From: Eutreptiella sp. 'Long Island Sound 2002'
Lineage: Eukaryota; Protista; Euglenida
Length of the DNA: 64,000 nucleotides
Assembly (NCBI GenBank): GCA_964036045.1
Contig: OZ038378.1
Span: 196,788,001-196,852,000, forward strand
Direction of reading: 5' to 3'
Below are positions 24,541 through 37,400 of this stretch, in pieces; the stretch's first letter is position 1; every line of letters begins with the position of its first letter. Made by a program: the position numbers and the translations under genes. Under the pieces are notes generated by a model. The model worked only from the letters and a program-made list of their open reading frames with translations. It was not told where the DNA came from and did not search any database.

Positions 24541-26720
24541 TGCTGCACGGCCGCAGGGCATACTCTGGTGCTTGACCCCTGAGCTGCTACAGAAGTACAC
24601 TGCCATCGACAATGGTGCCAATAAAGGTGTGTGGTTCAAGGCTGGTGCCATGGTCTTCGAGTTTTATGCCTTGAACTACATGGGTCCCCCCGTGTTGGTG
24701 CGCGCCCAGTCCATCCTTGCCGTGTTGGCCCGCCAACTTGTCGTGATGGGTGCCATCGAGGCTTGCCGTGTGATCGGTGATCCATTCGGTGGACGAGACC
24801 TTGATCTGGTGTGCCCTAGTGGCAAGTGATTTAACCCTCTGGGTTTGGCCGACGACCCTGATGTGGCTGCCGAGCTGAAGGTGAAAGAGATCAGGAGTGG
24901 CCGTTTGGCGATGCTCTCCAAGTTCGGCTACTATGTGCAGGCTGCCGTCACCGGCCAGGGCCCTGTTGAGAACTGGGCCTCCCACATTGCTGATCCATTT
25001 GCGGTGAACAGGTTGACCCTTGAGATTGCCACCCAGTCCACGCCATCAGCTGCCATGTTCGCAGCTGCTGGGAAGAAGCAGGAGGCCGCCCCCAAGGTGG
25101 ATTTGTCTGGCTGGTATGGCCCTGACTGCAAGAAGTGGTTGGGCCCTAACACTGCAGGCAGCAGCGTCCCAGGCTACTTGACCGGTGAGTACCCTGGTGA
25201 CTACGGTTGGGACAGCGCTGGGCCTGCAGCAGACCCTAAGGCCATCAAGCGCCTCCACAAGGTTGAGGTGCTGCACGATCGCTGGGCTATGTTGGGTACT
25301 CTCTGGTGCCTAACCCGCGAGCTGCTACATAAGTACACTGCCATCGACAATGGTGCCAATAAAGGTGTGTGGTTCAAGGTTGCTGCCATGATCTTCGAGT
25401 TTTATGGCTTGAACAACATGGGTGCCCCCGTGTTGGTGCGCACCCAGTCCATCCTTGCCGTGTTGGCCTGCCAGCTTGTCCTGATGGGTGCCATCGAGGC
25501 TTGCCGTGTGATCGGTGATCCATTCGGTGGACGAGACCTTGATCTGGTGTGCCCTAGTGGCAAGTGATTTAACCCTCTGGGTTTGGCCGACGACCCTGAT
25601 GTGGCTGCCGAGCTGAAGGTGAAAGAGATCAGGAGTGGCCGTTTGGCGATGCTCTCCAAGTTCGGCTACTATGTGCAGGCTGCCGTCACCGGCCAGGGCC
25701 CTGTTGAGAACTGGGCCTCCCACATTGCTGATCCATTTGCGGTGAACAGGTTGACCCTTGAGATTGCCACCCAGTCCACGCCATCAGCTGCCATGTTCGC
25801 AGCTGCTGGGAAGAAGCAGGAGGCCGCCCCCAAGGTGGATTTGTCTGGCTGGTATGGCCCTGACTGCAAGAAGTGGTTGGGCCCTAACACTGCAGGCAGC
25901 AGCGTCCCAGGCTACTTGACCGGTGAGTACCCTGGTGACTACGGTTGGGACAGCGCTGGGCCTGCAGCAGACCCCAAGGCCATCAAGAGCCTCCGCAAGG
26001 TTGAGGTGCTGCACGATCGCTGGGCTATGTTGGGTACTCTCTGGTGCCTAACCCGCGAGCTGCTACAGAAGTACACTGCCATCGACAATGGTGCCAATAA
26101 AGGTGTGTGGTTCAAGGTTGCTGCCATGATCTTCGAGTTTTATGGCTTGAACAACATGGGTGCCCCCGCGTTGGTGCGCGCCCAGTCCATCCTTGCCGTG
26201 TTGGCCTGCCAGCTTGTCCTGATGGGTGCCATCGAGGCTTGCCGTGTGATCGGTGATCCATTCGGTGGACGAGACCTTGATCTGGTGTGCCCTAGTGGCA
26301 AGTGATTTAACCCTCTGGGTTTGGCCGACGACCCTGATGTGGCTGCCGAGCTGAAGGTGAAGGAGATCAGGAGTGGCAGTTTGGCGGTGCTCTCCAAGTT
26401 CGGCTACTATGTGCAGGCTGCCGTCACCGGCCAAGGCCCTGTTGAGAACTGGGCCTCCCACATTGCTGATCCATTTGCGGTGAACAGGTTGACCCATGAG
26501 ATTGCCACCCAGTCCACGCCATCAGCTGCCATGTTCGCAGCTGCCGGGAAGAAGCAGGAGGCCGCCCCCAAGGTGGGTTTGTCTGGCTGGTATGGTCTTG
26601 ACCGCAAGAAGTGGTTGGACCCCAACATTGCGGACCGCTATGTTTTTGATTACTTGACTGGTGAGTACCCTGGTGACTACGGTTGGGTCGGCGCTGGGCC
26701 TGCAGCAGGCCCCAAGACAT
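24540..26720 (+). repeat. Three near-identical 738-bp tandem copies of LHC type-B unit
   Basis: GAGCTGCTAC at 24581, 25319 and 26057. Shared TGA at 24827, 25565 and 26303. Confidence 0.95.
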
Positions 26721-27109
26721 ACGGGCCAGCACGTGGGTTGCATCACCATCTTCAATCTCGTCTTGTGCCCATGCTTGCTGCTTTGTTTCTTGGTTGCTGC
26801 AGTGCTGCCCCCCTAGGCATCGTGCTTGCTTGTTGCAGTGCTGCTGCTCTGCCATGCCTTGCCCCTTACCCCCGGCGAACAAACGGACCAGCGTCCGTCG
26901 CCGTTGCTAATGCTAATGCTCTGCAGTTGCCACTGCCCCCAAAGCCTGGTTGGCCGGTATCCCCGGTCCTCTGGGTCCTCCGTCATGCTGTGGGCCACCT
27001 CAGGCAGCCCTGGGACCCACTGGATCGAGCAAGGCAGGAACCACCTGTCGGTGCAAGATGCCCGGTAACTCCAGTAGACGGCATGATAAGTGGTTATGAC
27101 TATGACTAT

Positions 27110-27245
<136 letters not shown>

Positions 27246-30031
27246 ATGTTTGAAATATGTCCTCAAAAAGGGCTTTTGGAGATGTATGGATTCAGAGGGG
27301 GGGGGGGGATCCGGAGTCATATCTTTTAGAAAATTGGCCGTTATGGATGGCGGTTTGGGGTGGGTTTTTTTGCCTAATCTGGTCAGGCTTCGGAGAGACT
27401 GCACTGCACCACAGGTATGTGGCCCATGATTGTTTTTGAACCACTTGTTTTGATATCCTAGGATTTTTGGAAACATTTGCGCACACACAAAAGAGCAGCA
27501 AAGCACCAACACCGCCAGAAATTGACCTCACTTGGCCCTGATTGCCACTTTTTCCCACTTGCCACACCAGTGTGTCAATCTCCAGGCACCCACAGCACGC
27601 ATCCGGCCTGAAAACCAGAAATTCCCAAATCATACCATCAAACCACAACCCAACACTCTGAAAATGGATTCCCCACCCCAAAAATAGGGGGGAGGGGGTG
27701 GGTGCCCAACTAAACAAGAAAAAGCGGTACCAGTGACCACCATGTTGCCATGTCACCATTTCTTCCCCTGCCAGCAGTCTGCCAGCAGCAGCCAAAAATG
27801 GCCAAAATTTCAACCAAAACAAGAAAATGTCAAACACATCATCAAATGGTGAGCTGAAACCTTCCGAAATAAATTCCCCACCCTCAAAATAGGGGGGGGG
27901 GGGGCAGGGAAGTAGTAGAAGGGGGGGGGGGGTCTGAAGGGGGCGAGGGTTGGCTGGGACCCCCCTCCTCCTAGGGTGCCCAACGCAAAAACGGAAAAAA
28001 GTACTTTTTTTATTCTGCAAAAGGGGAACTGCCCTTTCTTTTTTCTGCAGCACACCGAGTTCGTAATACATTGCAAGAGGCAGCATGCTCATTTAGCGTC
28101 ATTCGGGTTTATTCAGGTTCATGCACTTCCATTCAGGGTCCACTCAGGTTCATTCAGCGTCGTGTCAATTGTCATCGGAACTCTCCTCGGAAGACATATC
28201 GCATTGTCCATCAAATGAGCTAGAGAAATCTGTGCCACTGGTGTCCACACCGCTGACATCCTCATCACTAGACTGAGAGTCTGGTTCTGAGTAATATGCA
28301 GGGCTATCACACCTCGCAGCTATGCACAAAACAGTCTGCTGCAATGCCAGAACCCGCCTTTGCAAAAAAAAAACGAGCAGTCATTTACGCCTGATTGTAG
28401 GCTGTGCCTCTCGCCGCGTCTCACTGAAAATGTCACACTGAACTGCTGCAATCAGGTCCTGAACTGTGACAGTTTCCACTGCCTTCTTAACAGGGAAGAA
28501 AAATCCATGTTGTGTCCTGCGATGCAATGGGACACAGCAGGGAACACAGTGCCAGTCGGCCTGCAGACAGCCCCCACATTTATCATGTACAATTACACAT
28601 TAGAAGGGGGGGAGGGGGCAGGGGGGTGTACCCTGCCCTCCTCCTACGGTGTATGGTCATTCTAATACTTTCCTTGGGGGACCCTCATCACCCCAGAACT
28701 CCCAAACTTGCAAAACTTCCCAGCCAAACCCCTCCGCCTTGGCACATTCTGAATGAGGCCAAGAGATATGGACGGGGGATATGGACAGGGCATACGGACC
28801 GGGCATATGGGGAGGCCCATCTGTGCCAATGCTGTCTCAGAATGCACAAAAGGGTTTAGGATGCTTCAACAATGGCTTGGACCGGCACATGTGTCACCGC
28901 AGAGGGGACTGAGGAATGGGCAGGCCCCATGCCCGTTCAACTGCGGCAAACACACATTCTCGTGAGTGACCCCTTGTGTGCCACATTGCACACGGGCTCC
29001 AGCAGCGCTTGAGACAGCACCACGGTAAGCGTCCATGAGATGGGGGTCGGGCTACGGCCAACGTCGGAGGGCTACCACGCTTGTACACAGGGGCTAGTAC
29101 GGTTGAGGGGACTGGCAGGGGACTATTATAAGGGGGCGGGGAGGGCATCAACAGGTCGATCGGCTGAACTGGGTTTTCCAACCTAAGGCCCACGTAACGT
29201 TCCAAGGAATACTGGCCGAATGGGGCCAGCAAACAGCAGGTACACCGAGGGACTGACCTCTGACCGGTATGTACGCCACTCACCCGGTAGAGTCCAAGCC
29301 CAATCGTAAAACCCAACGAGAACAGTCCATGACAAGTGTACATATGGAAGGTAGGGCAAAGCAAACATCGGCGGAAGCACCAGGACAGTCGCCTGGTAAA
29401 AAACCGGGGTGAGAACGATGAACAATGGCTGGAAGTGTCAATGGCGGACATCCCAGTGGGTTCAGCACTGGTGAAGGTCACCGACACATGACACACAGCC
29501 ATTCAGGGACAGAGGTATTCTCTTGGGGGGGGGGGGGGGAGCCCTCTGTATCACACGAGATCGTGGACGCAGTATCCACTTCACTCCGGGGTCGACTGGA
29601 CTGGTCGCTCGTTGCCACACTGAGTGGGCTGGCTCGTCCTCCATCGGGACCAATGTGTCCAATAGCCAACAGAAGCGCCCGGTGACATTGATGATGTCTG
29701 GATTGGCGTCTGAAATTTGTGGCGCATGGCACCCACCACTCTGGGCGCTGTGTATTCGCTGACCCCTCTCTGGGGTGTATCACTGGTCGACCTGCCCATC
29801 CTCTTGCGTATGCTGGCGGAGGGGGGTCTGGGATCCAAAAGTTTGTGTACCAAAAATGGCCTGACCAGATTCCAGGCCAGGGATGGGGTTAGGACCAGAT
29901 TCCCGATTGTAAATTTCCTTCTTTCCCACGATGGTCACTTTGGTCTGGGGGGGGGGGGGGTCCAGGGGGGGGTCCTCCTTTCGTGTACAGCCATTCTAAC
30001 ACTTCCCTGGGGACCGGGCGTCAGGCAGTAC

Positions 30032-30316
30032 CTTGACGTGCCGGTTCGAGTCCCGGCGCAGGTCAAACAGGCGCACCGTCCCGTCGCTGCCGGCCGTCAG
30101 GAACACGTTCGGGGACTGGGGCAGGAACGCCACCTTGTGCACGCGCTGCTCGTACCGGACGATGCAGTGGACGACGTGCCGCTGCACGTCCGTCAGACGC
30201 ACGCAGCCGTCCAGCGCACAGGACACGATGAGGCTGTTGTTCGCGCAGGGCACGAACTTCCCGCAGAAGATGTTGCCGGTGTGCCCACTGACGATGTTAC
30301 TGACGAGGCGCAGGTT
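30032..30316 (-). CDS. DCAF8-family WD40 protein, exon 2 (NLRLVSNIVSGHTGNIFCGKFVP...TAGSDGTVRLFDLRRDSNRHVK)
   Basis: Two WD40 repeats. Acceptor CTTCTGCAG|AAC, donor AAG|GTACTG. Joins exon 1 in frame. Confidence 0.85.
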
Positions 30317-30551
30317 CTGCAGAAGTGGGGGTTCCGGGTCCGGGAAGGGGTCTGGAGACGGGAGGGGCGAGGCAGGCCCAGGCAGGCCACACAAGCCACA
30401 AGGGGCGACAGAGACGGCAGGGGGGCGCGCCTGCCAGGGGCGCGGTAAGCCCCGGCGCAGGAGCCCAGAGAGGCCCACGCCGGGCCCGGGGGAGGCGACA
30501 GGGGCGACTGCGAGTAGCCAGCGGAGGGGGGGAGGGGAGCACACGAGGGCT

Positions 30552-30869
30552 TTTATGTGATATTTCATAGTCAAACTAAATTTAAGAGGATGTTAAATTC
30601 TTTTGAAAGACCTTGTGGGATGATCGATAAAATTCTAGTCATGATAACTTAGTTTAAAAGAATTTTAAGGCTAGAGGGTCCAATTTGACACTTTTCTCGA
30701 TTTTCATGGTGAAAAGATCTACACTAAAAATTGAACTGTTTTTCCAAATTACGAAATTTGGTCAATATTTTCTTATGATGAAAAAAAATTCCTTATCAAA
30801 ATTAGCTATGTGATATGAAAGTATCCTTGATAGATAGAGGATGGTGATTTTGCATTTTCAGATCAATTT
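30552..30869 (+). other. AT-rich plastid-like DNA ending in a group II intron domain V-like hairpin
   Basis: AGC-TATGT-GATA-TGAAAG-TATC-CT-TGATAGAT at 30804-30837, directly before psbB codon ~8. Confidence 0.5.
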
Positions 30870-31430
30870 AGTTCACATACTTCTGCTTTAAATTATGCAA
30901 GCCGTTTGATTGCAGTTCATTTAATTACTGCACTTGTTGCAGGTTGGGCAGGTACTATGGCTCCTTATGAAATAGCCTTTTTTCTCGTCCATCAGATCCT
31001 GTTTAAATCCTTTGTGGCATCAAGGCACGTTTGCTTGACTATTTTGACACCTTTACGTGCAACTAAACCTTGGTAAGGTTGGAAGCGTTGGTGGGGCGAA
31101 TGTAGGAAATCTTGGTTTTTAGAGTTTGAGGGAGCTGCTGCAGCTCATATTGTTCTTTCTGGTTTATGTTTTCTTTGCCGCAAGGCATGAGGTTTAATGG
31201 GATTTACAATTGTGCCATGATCCTTCGGAACCCGTTTATTTTCATCTTGTTTAATTTGTTTTGGTTTGGTGTGTTTCACTTAAGTGGCTTATTTGGTCCA
31301 GGCATTTGGGTTTCTGATCCTTGTGAGACTACTGGACATGTCCAACCTGTTACTCCGGCTTGGGTGCTGAAGGTTTTGATCCTTCTCATCCCGGTGGCAT
31401 TGCTTTGCATCATATTGCTGCAGCTGTTAT
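30870..31430 (+). pseudogene. psbB: Nuclear copy of plastid psbB (CP47) 5' region, decayed (NUPT)
   Basis: AT-rich island. Translates with frameshifts to [49 protein letters not shown] and GAEGFDP-HPGGIA-HHIAA. Confidence 0.9.
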
Positions 31431-32335
31431 TGCAGATTGTATGAAATTTTACGTTTGGGTGCTGGTGGCAGTACAGCAGAGGTCGCCACATGTGTGAGGA
31501 GGGGGGGGGCAGCAACCGGGTGCTGGAGTCGGAACAGTTGTGCCAGGGAAGGGGTGGGAGAGCAAGGCGTCCTTCAAATCCGCAGAGGGACAACAGAGTG
31601 GAGTAGGCGGCACAGGATGGGGGGGTGGAGTGATCAAGAGGGACGGGCGAGTGACTGGGCAGGGCAGACGGGCGGCGGCGGGAGGGAGGAGAGGCGAAGG
31701 GTAGCGCAGCCCGGAGGCCATCAGCCCCCCAGCCTTTCCCAGGCATTGCACCACACGCCACACTCAGAATTTTGGAGGGGGCCGATCGGCTGGTCACAAC
31801 CACATTTCAAACCCGCTTATTGCACAATGGGGCGCCATTCCCCACCACACGCACTGTACATGACTGCACAAACTGGGACTCAAAATACGGCTCCGCCACC
31901 GATGCCACCCAGTGGACCCCCTTGGCCCCCAAAAGGTCGTGACCCAGGGTCGCTCCAGCGTCACCACCGAACAGTGTTCCGGAGGTCGCCTCCCTTCCAT
32001 TGGGTGAGAGGGCCACATTACCCTTGAAACACATTGGGAGCGTTGCTATCACGAGTTGTTCTAATGTCCAATGAGTTTAAAATCAGCAAAAAGGTCTTGC
32101 CGCGATAAACTGTCGGCAGTGTCTCATTTCGCTTCAACAATACGTAGACGTGGGCACCCCTTCTGACTTGGTTGTTGGTCATGGTCGGGGGACCAATAGA
32201 AACCAACTGCAGCACCCCCATCGCCGATGTGTTGAAGGTGTTTTCGTTCACGGTACAGCCGCTTGCCCTCAGTCGGCCTCCTACACAGCAGGCACTGCAG
32301 CTCCCAGACCCATTTGATTGATGCCGGAGAACAAC

Positions 32336-32596
32336 CTGCTCCCATTTCCAAATGTTAAGGTCACAGTCGTCGCTCCCGCTCACAAGGAGGCTGCCATCCT
32401 CCGACCAGCTGACGGTGTTTACGCATCCCGAGTGTTTGTACAGGCGCTTGTGCAGCCGCAAGGACTTGACGAAGGCTTTGCTCTGCTGCAGCTTTCGGGT
32501 GTGCTGCGTATTCGTGATTGCTAGGGTCCCGTCGACTTGGGTGCGCCGTTCCCTGCTCGTCAACAAATTGCTGAATGCCGGTAAAGGGGGGCCCAT
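32336..32596 (-). CDS. DCAF8-family WD40 protein, exon 1 (MGPPLPAF...HSGCVNTVSWSEDGSLLVSGSDDCDLNIWKWEQ)
   Basis: WD40 motif GCVNTVSW...SGSDD...IW. ATG at 32596 follows a pyrimidine-rich CAG. Donor CAG|GTTGTT at 32335, phase 0. Confidence 0.8.
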
Positions 32597-34249
32597 TCTG
32601 ATTTCCTGAAAATGAGATTGAATGAGCAGTGAAGGGGATGCCCTTCGGAAACCCCAGCTGCAGGGGACTGGCGCCGCCCCACAGGTTGGTGTTTGGTGTC
32701 GAGGCAGTGTTTGGATGGCGCGGGCCCGGCGGACTTCTTTTTGCCACATGTCCTCGCATTCAGCCCCCAAATCTGACTGCCAAAAGGAAGCCCAAAAGGA
32801 GCCAAAAAAAAAGGCTTCCATGCCCTGAAAAGACCCTGGAATCAACGGCCAGAATCCGCTGTGGGAGAGTTTGCGCGCAGCGCACGCATGGCGCCCATTA
32901 CTGGGGTGAGGATACGGGATCCCATCTCAATACCACCCACCACCCAAACCCTCACATGCATGGCCCCGCAAAGCTGCGAGAAAATGATGCATTTGGGGCT
33001 GGCCACTCGAAAAAGTTCTCAAGGCTGGCTTGCCTGGCCATGGGAATGATTGCAACCCTCGGGCAGGCGCCCTTTGATAGGGGTGTGGGCTGTGCTGGTG
33101 GCAGGACACAAGGCTGCACCCTTGCTGGTGATGAGGAGGGTGGTGACGGAGATGATGGCAGAGGTGATGGACTACAGATGGGAGCCTCGATGGGGGCACA
33201 GGGGTGCTCGCCATTTCGGGGGATCACTTCCACGAAGTCATCACTGCACTCTGATGGACCCTCGATGGTAGCAGGTACACGTTACCCCATTTTGGTGCAC
33301 ATTCCCGGGTTGTGCATGTGTAGCACACTTGTCATGTTGTAGTCAAATCCTGGCCACAGGATGCACAGACAGGTCATAGCTCAGACTGCTTCCGCTTCTC
33401 ACGTATACACACTGCTGGGGGGTCAATTTGTGTCTTGACCCTTTCTGCAGGGGGGACCAGTGAATATGAGGGGCGGGGGGTAGGGGGGAGCACAATGGGG
33501 GCACGCATATGGCAGGGCATATTGGGCAGTACAATGGGGGCAGGGATATGGGAATGGATGCAGTCAACAGTGTGGAGGAAGGCATGCGGGCAAGCATATG
33601 GGCAGCGTGGGGCACGCGGGGGGGGGGGGGGGGCACGGTTATTAGCCGCAAGCAATATACAGGGGGGGGGGGGGGCTTCGCCAGGGGACAACTTCCCGGG
33701 GAAAACTTCGCCTTTCCAATTGGTGAGGAAATTTTTCCTGCGGAATGTTTTTGCGCAATTTGACAATGACAGTTGGTTGACAGTGACAGTGATAGGTTGT
33801 CTTGCTTGTCCCATCTCGGGCTCTCTCTGATGCGCCAAATGGTTTGCTTCCCTGAATTTCTCAAGTGTTACCTGCCTATGGCTTCTGTGTTTTAGGGACA
33901 GAGCTATGGCACTATGCTATTTGTTTTTTGTCCCAGCCATTGCATGTTGGGCAGCTGTACGTTATGACATGTGCACCAGCGATGAAATGAAAAAAATGGG
34001 GGACCACCGCAAAAAATACCCCACTGCACACCTGAAAAGATAAAGAGCAAGGCCCAGGAACTCCAAATTGTCCACAAGGAACCAAGGGTTGGGGGTGTGA
34101 CGAAATTTTCCCCGAACGAAATGTTCCCCTCCGGTGTCTGATGGCCCTGCATCAAAATTGGAGGTGTGATGAAGTTTTCCCCTGACGAAGTTGTCCCCAG
34201 GCGAAACCCCCCCCCCCCCCGTGTAGGCAGCGCAGAACGGCAGGAGGAT

Positions 34250-34410
34250 GGGGGGCAGGGAGATAGGCAGGGATATGGGCAGGGCACGTGGGAAGGGATA
34301 TGGACAGAGACATGGACAGGGGACATAGGTAGGGGATGTGGGCAGGGGATATGGGCAAGGATATGGGTATGCGTATGGGCAGGGCTTGGGGCAAGGATAT
34401 ACGCAGGGAT
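34250..34410. repeat. GGGCA(G)GG(A/C)ATAT-type minisatellite family; also 20815-20870, 28765-28810 and 33500-33600
   Basis: Recurrent GGCAGGGCATATGG / GGACAGGG units. Confidence 0.65.
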
Positions 34411-37400
34411 GTCAGGTAAGGTCCGGGCATGATAGGTTCCATTCCTCAGGATTATTGCAATTCACATAGCCCGGGATAAGTGATGGTTGTTCCACGCTGG
34501 TGACTCAAACCTTTGAGGAAGAACTTGTTTCTTTTCTGTTTGTGCCTAACTGTCATTTAGGCACGTTTTGTACATTTCAAAGCGTTTGCCTTACAATAGC
34601 TATATTGTATGTATTGTAGGCATGGTGAACCAATGATGGCAGACTCTAAATTTTGAGTAGTGTTATGCCGTGCCGTGCTCAGACAACTAATAAAGGGGCG
34701 TCTTTGCACTGCACATGCACTGCTACTTTTAGACCAGGTTCCCCCCCGAAGAGCCCCAGGCACACCCCTTCCAAACACCCTTAACACTAGGTGATCCAAA
34801 CTACCCTAGCTCTAGACAGTTGCAAGCTACCTTCAGTCAGCTACCTCAGTGGCTGCTATACTTAGGCTTTGGGGGCGCACCTAGCGTAGTGTGCGCGCGC
34901 AGTGTGCGCGCAGTGCAACTATTTGGGTGTCTAGCCGTACTAGAGACCCATACTTTGTGATACTAGGGGCATCAATGTTGTTTGAGAGTAGGTTTTGATG
35001 CTTCTTCCACATTGGGGATATGGTATTTTTGGATTTTAACACAATTTCACCCATTTCCACCCTTTTGCACACTTTTTTGCTCATTTCCACCACATCCCCT
35101 CTTTTCTAGGCGGATATCTCCCCACCATGGGGTCCCCAAAAGGCAAGGGTTCAGTGGCACACACTCGTTTCTATGCCCTACGTTGTATCTGTGCAGAGTG
35201 GCGAAGAACCATTTCGTCTCGGGAGGACAAGCACACATAAGGCGGCTAAGGATTCCATTGGGAAGTGGAAGCATTGAAGCAAGTCCCATTATTCGATACA
35301 AGGACGCCATTAAGGCTCGTGTGATAGGGTGTACGTTAGGGAAAGGGCGTTCATGGATCAAGTAACATGCAAAATTGCCCCGTGATGTCTTATGTGAAGG
35401 GACCGACAGCTGTGTGCCCATTTTAACCTCAAAGATTAGTGCTATGATGAAGGGAGCTCCAAAGAGAAATTGCTTTTGCAAACACCACTGCCTAAAAAGG
35501 ATGTAAGGCGAGGGAGGGGATACTATTAGCACAGGCCAGCAGTCTGCAACTGAACATTCCTCGGCCCTTTCTCCAGTGGGGTTAGGGGACATGTGTTCTG
35601 TGCAACGATGTCTTATTGGCCCATCGGACACCCGCATCACCCTGTGCACCATACACAGCCCGACGACCCTATGACAGATGCCGCTACCCTTAATCCTTGT
35701 GCGCAGATGGCGCATGAAATTGCGATGCCTGCCATTCACACACACACTAGGAGTGCAACACAATTATACCGCAGGTTGGCCAGCCTTGTAGCAACAACTC
35801 GAGGCTCCGGCAGCCGTGTACCTGACCGATTGTATCGTCCTATCCGACATGCTCTCAAAGCCCCGCACACAAATAGTCTTCGGGGGTGCCGGTTGCATCG
35901 TGTGCGCAGCGCGGAAACCTTTTGAATTGTCCATCGACCAAGAGGCCAATTTACTACCTCCCATTGGCAATTATTAAGCACCTGAGCCCCGACACGCATC
36001 ACATTGTTTGACTCAAGACAGCATGAACCATTTCAGAGGGCCCAAACACAGATTGTTGTGTCAAAACATGGTGCAGTGCCCAGATTTCGCCTGCCATGAC
36101 CCCCATACTTTCCGACACAACAATCACACTTTTTGTGCACCGCCCCAAGCTGCCCCTGCAGGGACGCAATCCGGCCATATATGCCACACTAGAAAATCGG
36201 CATGCCCAAAGGCTGATTGCATCACCTGTTGTCTTGCCATGAGATATCGGCAAAACGTTTTGCGAAAAATTGTGAAAGCATAACAGTTGGTCGACGCAAG
36301 CCGTCCTTCCCACCAGGATGACTGCCAGGCCTGTGCTGGAAAGGGGGGAGGGGTAACGCCACTTTTCGCCAGTTCCGCCCCAACAGTAGGCCTCCCAACC
36401 GCTTTGTAACTGCCAGAACTTGTCCCCCAACTGCTTCTGCGATCAGCGGTAACCACCTGTGCATCCTCTTCAGCCTCCCCACCCTCATGCGCAAAAACAG
36501 ATGTAGATACAACAAGCAATCAAAAGCATGGCACATCATCTGCTGGTAATCAGACAAATTGTGTGTTGCCCGAAAAAAGTTTATGAGCGCTCCAGAAAAT
36601 AGGCAAATCCGTCGAATGCTGATCATGGTAGGCCCAAACGTGCGAAATGCAACACAAATTGACGGACAGCCCCTTAGCCCCGGGAACCCTAAGCAATCAC
36701 TTGTTCCGGACTTAATGCCATTTCAACTTGTTGTCTTTCACTTGATGTCTGCTAGTGGTGGCAGTTCGGCGGCTCCGTACTATGGCAGCATTCGGACTTT
36801 GCCTGCTCCCCTTGCTTCAGCGGGAAGGGAGGGGGGTCTGGGGGCTGCAAAAATTTGCCCCCAATGCCCAGTTCCTTTCCCCACTTCACGTCCTCAAACT
36901 CTTCGGAGGGAGGGAGGTCCGGGGGGCAGAGCATCCCCCCACACCCCACCCACACGCCAATGCACAAACAGCGGGGAAAGGCCAAAAAATGGAAGCAGCA
37001 TCTCTGTGCTGTTTGGACATGCCGCCATCGAACGCGCCTTCCTTGGAGCCCACGGACAACAACACAATCGCAAACTCTTAGCGCCTGCATGCAACTCCAC
37101 TGGCGGAGGGGCTGCAGGTGTACCACGGGCGGAGTTGGCAGACGTCGTGTTTTCAAAAATGCACCATCGCCACCTCAACAGAAAAGGAGCTGTCAATGCC
37201 ATGGTTCCACAATGTGTCACACAGCATCTCATGCTTTTTCATACAGGGAAGAATACCTGGCAATCATTTTGAGGAGCAGGGAACCTCTACCCTTGGTGTA
37301 CTCAGCCCTATCCAGACTACATGGAACCCCTCACCAATGGCTTTTGTCCTGGTCCTATTTGCAGACACCCCCTGACCTATGGGCCACGCCGGCATGGGGT

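Larger units (their letters stand above)
21577..26720 (+). pseudogene. Lhcbm: Intronless chlorophyll a/b-binding (LHCII) polyprotein pseudogene array, partial and rearranged units of two sequence types
   Basis: Repeated [23 protein letters not shown] and [12 protein letters not shown]-type motifs. Linkers AMFATAA and [10 protein letters not shown]. In-frame stops, frameshifts, no presequence. Confidence 0.9.

Noticed and set aside
30040-30060. B-box-like GGTTCGAGTCCC
   Set aside because: Antisense within a coding exon, with no A-box or cloverleaf.
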